Below, one piece after another: positions 37,522-46,182 of a stretch of DNA of 64,000 nucleotides. The notes under the pieces were generated by a model. The model saw only the letters and a list, made by a program, of their open reading frames with translations, did no database searches and was not told the origin of the DNA. The stretch spans positions 36,687 to 100,686 of the forward strand of contig CAIVJR010000009.1 in NCBI GenBank assembly GCA_903906305.1. The letters run 5' to 3'. Made by a program: the position numbers and the translations under genes. Position 1 is the stretch's first letter, and each line of letters starts with the position of its first letter. The DNA is from an uncultured bacterium (GTDB taxonomy: Bacteria; Patescibacteriota; Dojkabacteria; SC72).

Positions 37522-39714
37522 CTAGGATTGTGTACCCTTAGAGACGATCATTAACCTATGCAAAGCTCTAGTCATACCCACATAGAGAAGCCTCCATGTT
37601 AATTCGGTATCAGGATACAAAGTATCATTCATATCCATGATTATTACAGAATCAAATTCCAAACCCTTAGCCTGTTCGATAGGGAGGATTAGAACCCCTT
37701 GTTTGTAATCGCTTTCGATATAGCTAACAACATCTCTATCAATATATTCTTCATATTTCTTTAATATATTGTATATCTCTGTAGCGTGATTTTTGTCTCT
37801 ACACAAAATTGCGCAAGTAACTGCACCTTTCTCAAACTGCAATTTAATCTTTTCAACCACAGTCTTGATGTCCTTTTCAGAAGATTTACTAAAATCATTA
37901 GGTAAATATATATTCTCAACAGGATCTCCATGTCTAAGTACAGCTTCAGGAAGCTTGTAACCCTCTGGGAATCTGTTCTTAAATATTTCATTAGCATAGT
38001 CAATGATCTCAACTGTAGTTCTGTAACATCTCTGAAGCTGATGGTATGAAGTCTCTTTTCTAGTCATCTGATCTGTAAGCTCTATGACGCCCTGCCAGTT
38101 CTTGATGTAGAAAGGAGGAATAATGGATTGAGCTAAATCTCCAGCAATGGTCAAATTCCCATTCTTTGCTACATTTAGTAATGTAGCTAATTGAATGTAG
38201 CTAATATCCTGGGCCTCATCAACCATGATATAGTCTCGCTCGATTGATTTTGTACCATATATTTTCTGATGAATGTAAACCATTGGTGCTAGATCTTCTA
38301 TTCGGTAGAATGTATTTTTTCCAGAAGCAGACATAGATTGAAGAGTATATTTTCCACATTCAGGATTAATGAGACTTGTTCTAAAGAGTTTTTTGTAGAG
38401 AGCATATATATTTATACTTCTATTAAAGTAACTCAATATCTCTCGCTTCTTCTCAACATCATCATTGAAATATGTATCTATATATCCTGTTTTAACTTGA
38501 TCGAACTGTCTTTGCGCAAATGCAAAATCTACAGAAAGCCCTAATCTTTCCTCCATATCAATATTTGGGAATTGTTCTTTAAGTTCGTAGTACCTCTTAG
38601 CAATTCTTTCTTTTCTAGAGTAGGGGATATGGTCTAAAAGGTTAGATTCAAACTCCTCAAAATATTTATCCAATATATTCAAAAATTCTATAGATCCCTT
38701 AAACTCTTTAAACTGTAAATTTTCTTCCAATGGAGATATTGTGTAGTTATCTGTCCAACCCAATATCTTCTTTCCCCAGAACATATATGTTTGGGTATCT
38801 ACTCTTTCGATACCTAGATCTGGTAAAACATCAGATACATAGTCTATGAACATTTGATTTGGAGCAATGATTAAGGAATTGCTTGCCCTAATACTTTCTT
38901 TATGTGCATAGAAGAGGTACGCAAGCCTGTGTAGGAGGATTGTAGTTTTACCACTACCTGCAACTCCTTGTATTAACACAGGTCTATTTATCTCTTCTCT
39001 AATGATTTCATTTTGTTGAGCTTGGATTGTAGAGACAATATCTTGTAGTTTTTGTCCAAGTCTTTCATTTAGTTGTGCTAGTAAGAATGCATCTGCTGCA
39101 GCGTTACCAGATTTAGCATCATATATTCCTCTGATTCTGGCTCTAGATATTTGAAATTGTCGTTTTTGTTGTAAATCTCCCTTTCTTTTTCCAACTGGTG
39201 CTACAAATGCCACGTTATCTGTTGGTCCTGAATTCTCGTAGTAAAGGTTTGCAATTGGTGCTCTCCAGTCGGTAATGATTGGGATGTGGGTTTCTTCGTC
39301 CATGAGTGCAAATTTCCCAATGTAAAGAATCAATGGTTTTTTAGTAGCACTATCATATGGTGTAAATACGATCTTTCCAAAATATGGGGAATCTAATGCA
39401 ATTAATTCTGTATTAATACGATCAACCAATTCATTTATCTGTCTTAATATGAGATTGTAGGTTCCTTTTGCAGCTTTGATATCGTCTTCACCAGATTCCA
39501 TGTTGATGATCTCAATTTGATGCTCGAGCTCCACCTCTAATCGCTCTAATCGTGGGATTAGCTGTTTGATGAGTAGTACTTTCCTTTTCGTTACCTCTTG
39601 TAACTTAGGATACTCCTCCTGTTCAAGGGAAGATATATTGGAGAGGTCGGAAAATGAAGCCACTTCATCCAGATCCTTGTGTAAAGGATTCAGATATTTT
39701 TTGAATGATTGCAT
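37522..39714 (-). CDS. UvrD/Rep-superfamily SF1 helicase, HelD-like (helicase IV-like) with N-terminal coiled-coil region
   Basis: Walker A GVAGSGKTT, motif II DEAQD, CYRTT, C-terminal GLEFDSVII; 730 aa. Confidence 0.75.
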   Translation of the reverse strand: MQSFKKYLNPLHKDLDEVASFSDLSNISSLEQEEYPKLQEVTKRKVLLIKQLIPRLERLEVELEHQIEIINMESGEDDIKAAKGTYNLILRQINELVDRINTELIALDSPYFGKIVFTPYDSATKKPLILYIGKFALMDEETHIPIITDWRAPIANLYYENSGPTDNVAFVAPVGKRKGDLQQKRQFQISRARIRGIYDAKSGNAAADAFLLAQLNERLGQKLQDIVSTIQAQQNEIIREEINRPVLIQGVAGSGKTTILLHRLAYLFYAHKESIRASNSLIIAPNQMFIDYVSDVLPDLGIERVDTQTYMFWGKKILGWTDNYTISPLEENLQFKEFKGSIEFLNILDKYFEEFESNLLDHIPYSRKERIAKRYYELKEQFPNIDMEERLGLSVDFAFAQRQFDQVKTGYIDTYFNDDVEKKREILSYFNRSINIYALYKKLFRTSLINPECGKYTLQSMSASGKNTFYRIEDLAPMVYIHQKIYGTKSIERDYIMVDEAQDISYIQLATLLNVAKNGNLTIAGDLAQSIIPPFYIKNWQGVIELTDQMTRKETSYHQLQRCYRTTVEIIDYANEIFKNRFPEGYKLPEAVLRHGDPVENIYLPNDFSKSSEKDIKTVVEKIKLQFEKGAVTCAILCRDKNHATEIYNILKKYEEYIDRDVVSYIESDYKQGVLILPIEQAKGLEFDSVIIMDMNDTLYPDTELTWRLLYVGMTRALHRLMIVSKGTQS

Positions 39715-39776
39715 TCGAAATTTGGGCTAGAAATTACAGGGAGAAATGATACAGGATATGGTGATGCAAGTCAAAT

Positions 39777-40397
39777 TTAGACAATCTCTAAACCTAAAGC
39801 TGGTTGGCTAAAATGATCCCTGTTTAAATTCTTTTTTTCAGAGCATTTTCTAACTATGGTAAGAACTTCTTGTATGCGGTTTTGGTTATCAATATCTTTT
39901 TGTTCTTTTGAATATTTCAGAGCAGAAAGTAATAGCTGTTCTTCAAGTCTACCAAGTAAAAAGCCATTTTCAGGATTTTGTTCGAGTGTATGGGTAATAT
40001 GCCTTATGAGTATTTCCGCATTAATCCCAATAGGGGATGAGGCTATATCAATCAGTGTATCTTCTGGTAGGCCATATGTATCTACATCTACAAGTGTAGC
40101 TAGTTGACTTAGCCTAGCTTTGTTTAACGTCAGAAATTCTATTGTTGTTTCAGGAGTTAACGTTCTGATTTCAGCAGCTATTGAAAAAATACCAACTCGT
40201 TCTCGTAGATCTTCAATTGGAAGATTAGATAATTGAGGCGCTTGTTGTTGTATTTGTGCCTCACTAAGCCCCAATTCATCAAAAATCGTTTGTGCTGGTT
40301 GAGTATATGTCCAAAGACGTGGTTGCCACTCTATATTTGCTATTTCATTAAGACTCATAGTGTGCAAGATTATATCACAACACGTCTTGAAACTCAC
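39777..40397 (-). CDS. Hypothetical protein (206 aa)
   Basis: ORF only. Confidence 0.35.
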   Translation of the reverse strand: MSFKTCCDIILHTMSLNEIANIEWQPRLWTYTQPAQTIFDELGLSEAQIQQQAPQLSNLPIEDLRERVGIFSIAAEIRTLTPETTIEFLTLNKARLSQLATLVDVDTYGLPEDTLIDIASSPIGINAEILIRHITHTLEQNPENGFLLGRLEEQLLLSALKYSKEQKDIDNQNRIQEVLTIVRKCSEKKNLNRDHFSQPALGLEIV

Positions 40398-40435
40398 TCT
40401 CTTCTCAATATTTTGTAAATAGGATATATTTAACT

Positions 40436-40984
40436 ATGAGTAATCAATTAAAACTTTTTCTTTACATAGTCTTTGTAGTAGCAATATTTTGGTTTGTACA
40501 AACCAAATTCCATATATTTGATATTAAGTTTGGAAATATTACTCAAGAAGAATCCTCCCAATCAGAAGAAGAGACCAATGCTAATGTAACGCCTACAAAT
40601 TATGTAGAAATTGTTCTTGGTGCGAATGAATCTGTGAAAGTAAATGTTGAATTAGCAGATTCTGAGAGTGAAAGACAGGCAGGATTGTCATTTAAAAAAT
40701 ACCTAGGAGACTATGATGGAATGCTTTTTGTATTTAATACTGAAACTAACACCCCATTCTGGATGAAGGATATGCAAATACCAATTGATATGATATTCTT
40801 TGATTCACAAGGGTTTGTAGTGGATATGAAGGAGGCTCAAGCCCCTTGTACAACCACATATTGCCCATCAATATATTCAGCGAAAAGCTACATGTATGTT
40901 TTGGAAGTTAATTCAGGATTTGTAGAAAGAAATGGAATAGTTACTGGTGGAAGTATAGTTTTGCATATTGAATCTTTAAATTAA
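40436..40984 (+). CDS. DUF192 (COG1430) family protein with N-terminal TM anchor
   Basis: GLSFKKYLGDYDGMLFVF...PFWMKDMQIPIDMIFFD matches the DUF192 signature. Confidence 0.6.
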   Translation: MSNQLKLFLYIVFVVAIFWFVQTKFHIFDIKFGNITQEESSQSEEETNANVTPTNYVEIVLGANESVKVNVELADSESERQAGLSFKKYLGDYDGMLFVFNTETNTPFWMKDMQIPIDMIFFDSQGFVVDMKEAQAPCTTTYCPSIYSAKSYMYVLEVNSGFVERNGIVTGGSIVLHIESLN

Positions 40985-40997
40985 GTACTATATATAA

Positions 40998-41633
40998 ATG
41001 ATTCAGACATTAATTGATTGGTTAGTAAATATCATTGAAACAATTGGATATCCCGGAGTTATGCTTTCGATGTTCATTGAAAGTTTCTTTGCTCCAATAC
41101 CAAGCGAACTAATTCTTCCATTCTCAGGGTTTGTTGCTTCAAATGGATCATTAAATATATATTTAACGATAGTTTTAGCTTCCATTGCCGCATATCTAGG
41201 TACCTTACCCTTTTACTTTATTGGTAAATGGGGGAAAGAGAAAGTTGATTTGTTCTTTAGAAAATTTGGTAAATACCTATTTATCAAGGAAGAGGATTTG
41301 GACAAAGGCTATGCAATTTTTGCAAAGCATGGAAACAAGGTAGTATTTTTCGGAAGATTAATCCCTATTGTTAGGACTATTATTTCATTTCCAGCAGGTG
41401 TTGCGGATATGAATTTTGCGCTATTTAGTGCATATACATTAGCTGGAACCTTGATATGGTCTTCATTATTGGCTGGAGCGGGATATTTGCTTGGGGATAA
41501 TTGGGATGTTGTAAGGGGATATATCTCAAAATATGAAAAGGTGATTATTGTTATTGGGATATTGTTTGTAGCCTTGTTCATAGCCAAGGGAATCTATGAT
41601 CTTGTTAAGCGAAAACAAGGAAAGAAAGTCTAG
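40998..41633 (+). CDS. DedA family membrane protein (second copy)
   Basis: YPGVMLSMFIESFFAPIPSELILPFSGF, the canonical DedA N-terminal motif. Confidence 0.7.
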   Translation: MIQTLIDWLVNIIETIGYPGVMLSMFIESFFAPIPSELILPFSGFVASNGSLNIYLTIVLASIAAYLGTLPFYFIGKWGKEKVDLFFRKFGKYLFIKEEDLDKGYAIFAKHGNKVVFFGRLIPIVRTIISFPAGVADMNFALFSAYTLAGTLIWSSLLAGAGYLLGDNWDVVRGYISKYEKVIIVIGILFVALFIAKGIYDLVKRKQGKKV

Positions 41634-43159
41634 GTAGTCCTAATTAAAGACTGGCCATTCATTTCACTTGGTTTGGTAATTCCCATTATATCCAAGACTG
41701 TTGGAGCTATATCCTTTAATGATCCATATGGCAAAAACCTATTGTTTATATTTGTTCCTGCAATTATACATGGGACGGGATTTAACGAATGTTCTGTATC
41801 TACAGTACCATTTTCCAAATTTATCATCTCTTCTACATTCCCATGATCTGCGGTTATTATCACTGCACCCCCTTGACTCAAAAATTGATTAACCAGTTGA
41901 TGGGTACAGTAATCTACAGTCTGTACCGCCTTTATACCTGCATTTAATACACCTGTATGCCCAACCATATCTGCATTAGCAAAGTTCACTAGTGTAAAGT
42001 CATATGATTTTCCAGCAATAGCTTTTGAAAGTACACTTAACAATTGTGGTGCACTCATCTCTGGTTTTAAATCGTAGGTTGCAACTTGTGGTGATGGTAT
42101 AGCTACCTGATCTTCATTGGCATACACTACTGAAGCTCCACCATTGAAGAAGTATGTTACGTGAGGGAATTTCTCTGTTTCTGCGATTCTTAGTTGTCTG
42201 AAACCAACAGAATCAATTACTTTTCCTAGTGGAAGATTAACATACTGCTTAGGAAATACTACATGGGTAGGGAATCCTTTACTATATTCCACCATACCTA
42301 CAAAAAAGAGATTTTGTATATTGTCTCTTTTAAAATTACTAAAATTGGGAGCTGCAAATGCTTGGGCCAATTGTAGCGCTCTATCTGGTCTAAAATTCAA
42401 GAAGATTATGACATCATTGGTTTGTACCTTACTTTCATTGATTACAATTGGTTCCATGAACTCATCTGTTACACCTTTTTGGTAATATGTATCGATAGCT
42501 TCTCCATAGGTTGTGAATTTTTGTCCTATGTTTCTAGTAAGTAAGTAGTAGGCTCTTTGAGTTCTATCCCATTGATTATTCCTATCCATTGCAAAATATC
42601 TTCCAACTATTGTTCCAATCTTTCCAATTCCTTTGTCCATACAGTAATTATCCATATCTGTGAGATACTTAAGTGCAGCATTAGGGGGAGTGTCTCTTCC
42701 ATCGGTGAAAGCATGGATATATGTATTGTTTTCAAAATTTGATTTAGCAAGGAAATCTATGGCAGCCTTGAAGTGATCTATGTGTGAATGGGTAGATCCA
42801 TCGCTGAGTAATCCTATGAGATGGATGTTGCTTTTGTAGGTTTGGGCGTGTGCAAGTGCTGCTCTTAAGGTGTCGTTAGTATATATCATTCCCTTGGCTA
42901 TGGCATTGTTAATTCTTGGTAATGTCTGTGCCACTACATTGCCTGCTCCAAGGTTCAAATGTCCAACTTCGCTGTTTCCTCTTACATTTTTAGGCAGTCC
43001 AACCGCTTCACCAGAGGCCAAGAGGTATGTATGTGGGTATATATTCCAGAGTGTAGAAAGTTTCTGTGGATTAGCTAAAACTACCGCATTGCCGCTGTTT
43101 TTAGGGGCTGCACCGAGGCCATCTAAGACTATCATTAGAACTTTTTGTTTAGCATTCAT
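41630..43159 (-). CDS. gpmI: 2,3-bisphosphoglycerate-independent phosphoglycerate mutase (iPGM), copy 2, divergent paralogue
   Basis: LDGLGAAP, ASGEAVGLP (catalytic Ser), NSEVGHLNLGAG, FTDGRDTPP, ITADHGNVE; 509 aa. Confidence 0.85.
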   Translation of the reverse strand: MNAKQKVLMIVLDGLGAAPKNSGNAVVLANPQKLSTLWNIYPHTYLLASGEAVGLPKNVRGNSEVGHLNLGAGNVVAQTLPRINNAIAKGMIYTNDTLRAALAHAQTYKSNIHLIGLLSDGSTHSHIDHFKAAIDFLAKSNFENNTYIHAFTDGRDTPPNAALKYLTDMDNYCMDKGIGKIGTIVGRYFAMDRNNQWDRTQRAYYLLTRNIGQKFTTYGEAIDTYYQKGVTDEFMEPIVINESKVQTNDVIIFLNFRPDRALQLAQAFAAPNFSNFKRDNIQNLFFVGMVEYSKGFPTHVVFPKQYVNLPLGKVIDSVGFRQLRIAETEKFPHVTYFFNGGASVVYANEDQVAIPSPQVATYDLKPEMSAPQLLSVLSKAIAGKSYDFTLVNFANADMVGHTGVLNAGIKAVQTVDYCTHQLVNQFLSQGGAVIITADHGNVEEMINLENGTVDTEHSLNPVPCIIAGTNINNRFLPYGSLKDIAPTVLDIMGITKPSEMNGQSLIRTT

Positions 43160-43238
43160 AGGCAGTTGTATATATATTCTGGCATATTTTCGAAATTTAT
43201 TCTATAATTGCACCTGGTTTAAATATTATTACAGAAAA

Positions 43239-43703
43239 ATGGACAAAAACATATTAAAAAATATAGAGGAAGGTCAACTACAAAACAGACCTGATGTAAT
43301 GGTTGGTGATACAGTCAAATTACATATTAAAATCAAAGAAGGTAACAAAGAAAGAACTCAGATTTTTGAGGGTGTTGTTATATCTATGAAGGGTGCTGGT
43401 ATTGATGCAAGTCTAACTGTAAGAAAAATATCATATGGTATTGGTGTTGAAAAGATTCTTCCTATGCATTCTCCTGTTTTACAGAAGATTGAGATTGTTA
43501 AGAGAGGTACTGTTAGAAGAGCTAAGTTATACTTCTTAAGAGACAGAATTGGTAAGAGAGCTTTGAAGGTTAACAAGATTAAATCTATATACTTAACTGA
43601 TGAGGTTGCGGTTCCTGAAGTAGGAGAAGCTGCTGAAGAGGTTGTTACAGAAGTTCCTGTTGAGGAAGCTGTTGAAGTAGTTGAAGAAAAGACAGAAGCT
43701 TAG
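43239..43703 (+). CDS. rplS: 50S ribosomal protein L19 (bL19) with an acidic C-terminal extension of about 35 aa (the track ORF from 42870 is an upstream read-through; the ATG at 43239 is the likely start)
   Basis: bL19 core (RPDVMVGDTVKLHIKIKEGNKERTQIFEGVVIS...KRGTVRRAKLYFLRDRIGK) then EVAVPEVGEAAEEVVTEVPVEEAVEVVEEKTEA. Confidence 0.85.
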   Translation: MDKNILKNIEEGQLQNRPDVMVGDTVKLHIKIKEGNKERTQIFEGVVISMKGAGIDASLTVRKISYGIGVEKILPMHSPVLQKIEIVKRGTVRRAKLYFLRDRIGKRALKVNKIKSIYLTDEVAVPEVGEAAEEVVTEVPVEEAVEVVEEKTEA

Positions 43704-43724
43704 TATCATTAAAAATACTATCTT

Positions 43725-43801
43725 GCGGGGGTAGTTCAATTGGTTAGAATGTCTGTTTTCCAAACAGAGGGTTGCGGGTTCGAGCCCCGTCCCCCGCTCC
43801 A
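43725..43801 (+). tRNA. tRNA-Gly(TCC), CCA encoded
   Basis: GCGGGGGTAGTTCAATTGGTTAGAATGTCTGTTTTCCAAACAGAGGGTTGCGGGTTCGAGCCCCGTCCCCCGCTCCA; anticodon loop TTTCCAA. Confidence 0.75.
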
Positions 43802-43824
43802 TATTAAATAATCACATCTGGCAT

Positions 43825-44328
43825 ATGGCAAGACCAATGAACAAAAGCCAATTGGTTGAATTTTCCGAGAACGAATTCCATAGACTAACGACTCTAATTG
43901 ATACACTTACTCCTAAGCAGAGGGATTCTGAATATGTGTTTGATAACCGAACTCCCAAGGATATTGTCGCTCATCTATATGCTTGGCAACTAATGGAATT
44001 GAGTTGGTATAGTGACGGTGAGAAGGGATTGAAACCACAGATTCCTGCTCCGGGATATACTTTTAAAGACTCTCCTGCATTAAATGAAAAACTTTTTCAA
44101 GACTACAAAGATATTTCGTGGGATAAACTTATCAAATTGCTTATGGATTCTCACAACAAATTGCTTAGCATCATAAAAAGTCATACGAATGAAGAACTTT
44201 TTACTAAGAAAAAGTACGTTTGGACCGGCTCATCAGATATGGCCGTATACCTTAGATCTGCGCTTTCAAGCCATTATGTTTGGGCTATTGATTTAATAAG
44301 GAAGTATTTTAAAAAGCAGGCTAAGTAA
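43825..44328 (+). CDS. ClbS/DfsB-family (DUF1706) four-helix-bundle protein
   Basis: VAHLYAWQLMELSWY and ...HYVWAIDLIRKYF resemble ClbS/DfsB family segments; 167 aa. Confidence 0.5.
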   Translation: MARPMNKSQLVEFSENEFHRLTTLIDTLTPKQRDSEYVFDNRTPKDIVAHLYAWQLMELSWYSDGEKGLKPQIPAPGYTFKDSPALNEKLFQDYKDISWDKLIKLLMDSHNKLLSIIKSHTNEELFTKKKYVWTGSSDMAVYLRSALSSHYVWAIDLIRKYFKKQAK

Positions 44329-44373
44329 GCTTTGCTCTGTAACTTATCCACAATTTGTAATATAATCCTTTGT

Positions 44374-44943
44374 ATGCAAGACGCAGATGTCCCTATGTGG
44401 GATAAAGGAGATAAAACTGATGACTACGCTAAGGGCGGAGGTGGATTCCCCATGTTTGGAATGGGTAACGAAAAAGGGGAGAAATCTTCAGCCATAGAAG
44501 AAGCATATGAATTAGTATTAGGAAGAAAACCAACCTCAAGAGAACAGTCCTACTACAGATATTCTTCAGCTAAGAAAGAAGAAATCCTTAAGAAGCTATT
44601 AAATAGTGATGAACACAAAGAAGTAATAAAGAAAGGTAGAGATTACCCAGAATTAGAAGACAGAGAGAAATTAGGGCAGAGCACAATATTGAAATTAAAA
44701 CATAGCATCGATGACCAACAAGGAGAAGTAAATGAGATGAAATCTATGTTAGAAGAGAAGAATAAAGAAATTTTGGTATTGAGAGAAGAAAAAAATATAC
44801 CATTTGTAACTCAATCTTTCTTAGAGGGAAAAGGAAATATATATTACAGTGATACAACATTTAAACCAGTTCAAACAGAATCTAGATTACCCCAATCTTG
44901 GTTAGACAAACTATCTTACTTCATACAAAAAATATCAAAATGA
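44374..44943 (+). CDS. Hypothetical Lys/Glu-rich coiled-coil protein (the track ORF starts at 44332; first ATG at 44374 is preceded by TATAAT at 44361-44366)
   Basis: ORF plus charged heptad-like segments; overlaps the downstream HTH gene start by 4 nt. Confidence 0.4.
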   Translation: MQDADVPMWDKGDKTDDYAKGGGGFPMFGMGNEKGEKSSAIEEAYELVLGRKPTSREQSYYRYSSAKKEEILKKLLNSDEHKEVIKKGRDYPELEDREKLGQSTILKLKHSIDDQQGEVNEMKSMLEEKNKEILVLREEKNIPFVTQSFLEGKGNIYYSDTTFKPVQTESRLPQSWLDKLSYFIQKISK

Positions 44944-45143
44944 CTCCAAAACTATTTGCTAAAAGATTAAAACAAGCTAGAGAAGAGTATGGATATTCCC
45001 AAAAACAGTTGGGATTGAGAATAGGGTTATCGGATAAATCAATTAGTATATATGAAAAAGGGCAGGTATATCCTCCAGTTTCAAACCTAATTAGAATAGC
45101 TAAGGAATTGAAGAAAGATATTGATTTCTTTTTGAAGGACTAA
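44940..45143 (+). CDS. XRE-family helix-turn-helix transcriptional regulator (the track ORF from 44898 is trimmed to the ATG at 44940)
   Basis: KRLKQAREEYGYSQKQLGLRIGLSDKSISIYEKG is the HTH_3 signature. Confidence 0.75.
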   Translation: MTPKLFAKRLKQAREEYGYSQKQLGLRIGLSDKSISIYEKGQVYPPVSNLIRIAKELKKDIDFFLKD

Positions 45144-45769
45144 TGAGGTGGTGTCAACCAAACCTTTGTTCTCTTTAGTGCCTTTTTAGAAAGCTCGATA
45201 CCACCCCATATGGCTAAACCAGAAACTCCTATTAATACTAAAACCTCAATAACTACCAATATTGTATATTCTGGTGTAATAGGCTGAGATACTAAACCAT
45301 TACTAAGTGTTAACGAGTTATTCACTGTATTAGTGTAATTAGTATCATATTGCCAAGAAACAACACTAACCGTAATCTTGTACTCTCCACTCAATGTAGG
45401 CTTTATAACAGCCTTGTATTTGGATTCAACATCCTTAGTAACACTCACAAACTCCTTATGTCTAGGAGTTATTTTAATTGTAGAAGAGCTATCCCAAATA
45501 ATTTGCGTCTTAGCTGAATCAATATGCGGAACAATGGATATGGTATATGTAATACTCTTGTCTAAAGGTGATTGTCCACCTTCTGTAAGTGTAAGATCAA
45601 AGTATTTGTTTGTTGCCCTAGTAGTATTTTCATCAACTGTAGTCTCAAGGGTATATTCTCCCGATGTAGTATCTTCAGTTTCTGTTACAACCTCTTGGGC
45701 ATTAACAAAAGAGGACGAAAAAGCGGGAAAAATTATTAAAAGAGTTAGAATAGATAGTATTTTTTTCAT
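45140..45769 (-). CDS. Secreted Thr/Ser-rich protein with signal peptide and C-terminal TM anchor; last gene of the HEPN operon
   Basis: Signal MKKILSILTLLIIFPAFSSSFVNA; C-terminal ILVVIEVLVLIGVSGLAIWGGI plus basic tail; start overlaps the upstream gene by 4 nt. Confidence 0.5.
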   Translation of the reverse strand: MKKILSILTLLIIFPAFSSSFVNAQEVVTETEDTTSGEYTLETTVDENTTRATNKYFDLTLTEGGQSPLDKSITYTISIVPHIDSAKTQIIWDSSSTIKITPRHKEFVSVTKDVESKYKAVIKPTLSGEYKITVSVVSWQYDTNYTNTVNNSLTLSNGLVSQPITPEYTILVVIEVLVLIGVSGLAIWGGIELSKKALKRTKVWLTPPH

Positions 45770-46182
45770 TTTAATATCCTATGTATACTCATGTTATATA
45801 TTTTATATGCTTCTTCAGCTTCATTTTCACTTACATCTAAATCGTCATGTACAATCCTATTCCTTAGCTTATGTGCTTCCCAAAGTCTATCATATTCAGT
45901 TCTTTTAAACCTTTTATTTATCAATTTAAGATTATCTCCACATAGTTTGGTATTACCTAATCGATATTGAAGTGCTTTTGAGAGAATATTATCTAGTTTT
46001 ATGACCGTATCCCTTCTTCTAGCCAGGTCATCACTACTAGCACCTGCTTTAAGGGCCTCTAAGCTATTTAGCATGCGCGAAATACTCTTCTGCCTCTCTT
46101 TCCTAGTCCCTGAAGCAACCATGATGAAAAGGACTGCTACGGCTATTAGAATCAATATTGTAATTATTACTGCATTATCCAT
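45766..46182 (-). CDS. Membrane-anchored HEPN-domain protein (DUF4145-like, Rx4H motif)
   Basis: N-terminal TM IITILILIAVAVLFIMVA followed by RKERQK (positive-inside, so the domain is cytoplasmic); C-terminal EAHKLRNRIVHDD carries an R-x4-H HEPN motif. Confidence 0.5.
   Translation of the reverse strand: MDNAVIITILILIAVAVLFIMVASGTRKERQKSISRMLNSLEALKAGASSDDLARRRDTVIKLDNILSKALQYRLGNTKLCGDNLKLINKRFKRTEYDRLWEAHKLRNRIVHDDLDVSENEAEEAYKIYNMSIHRILK

Noticed and set aside
42870-43238. Upstream 123-codon extension of the rplS ORF
   Set aside because: It overlaps the divergent iPGM-2 gene on the other strand and has no L19 similarity; the bL19 homology begins at the ATG at 43239.
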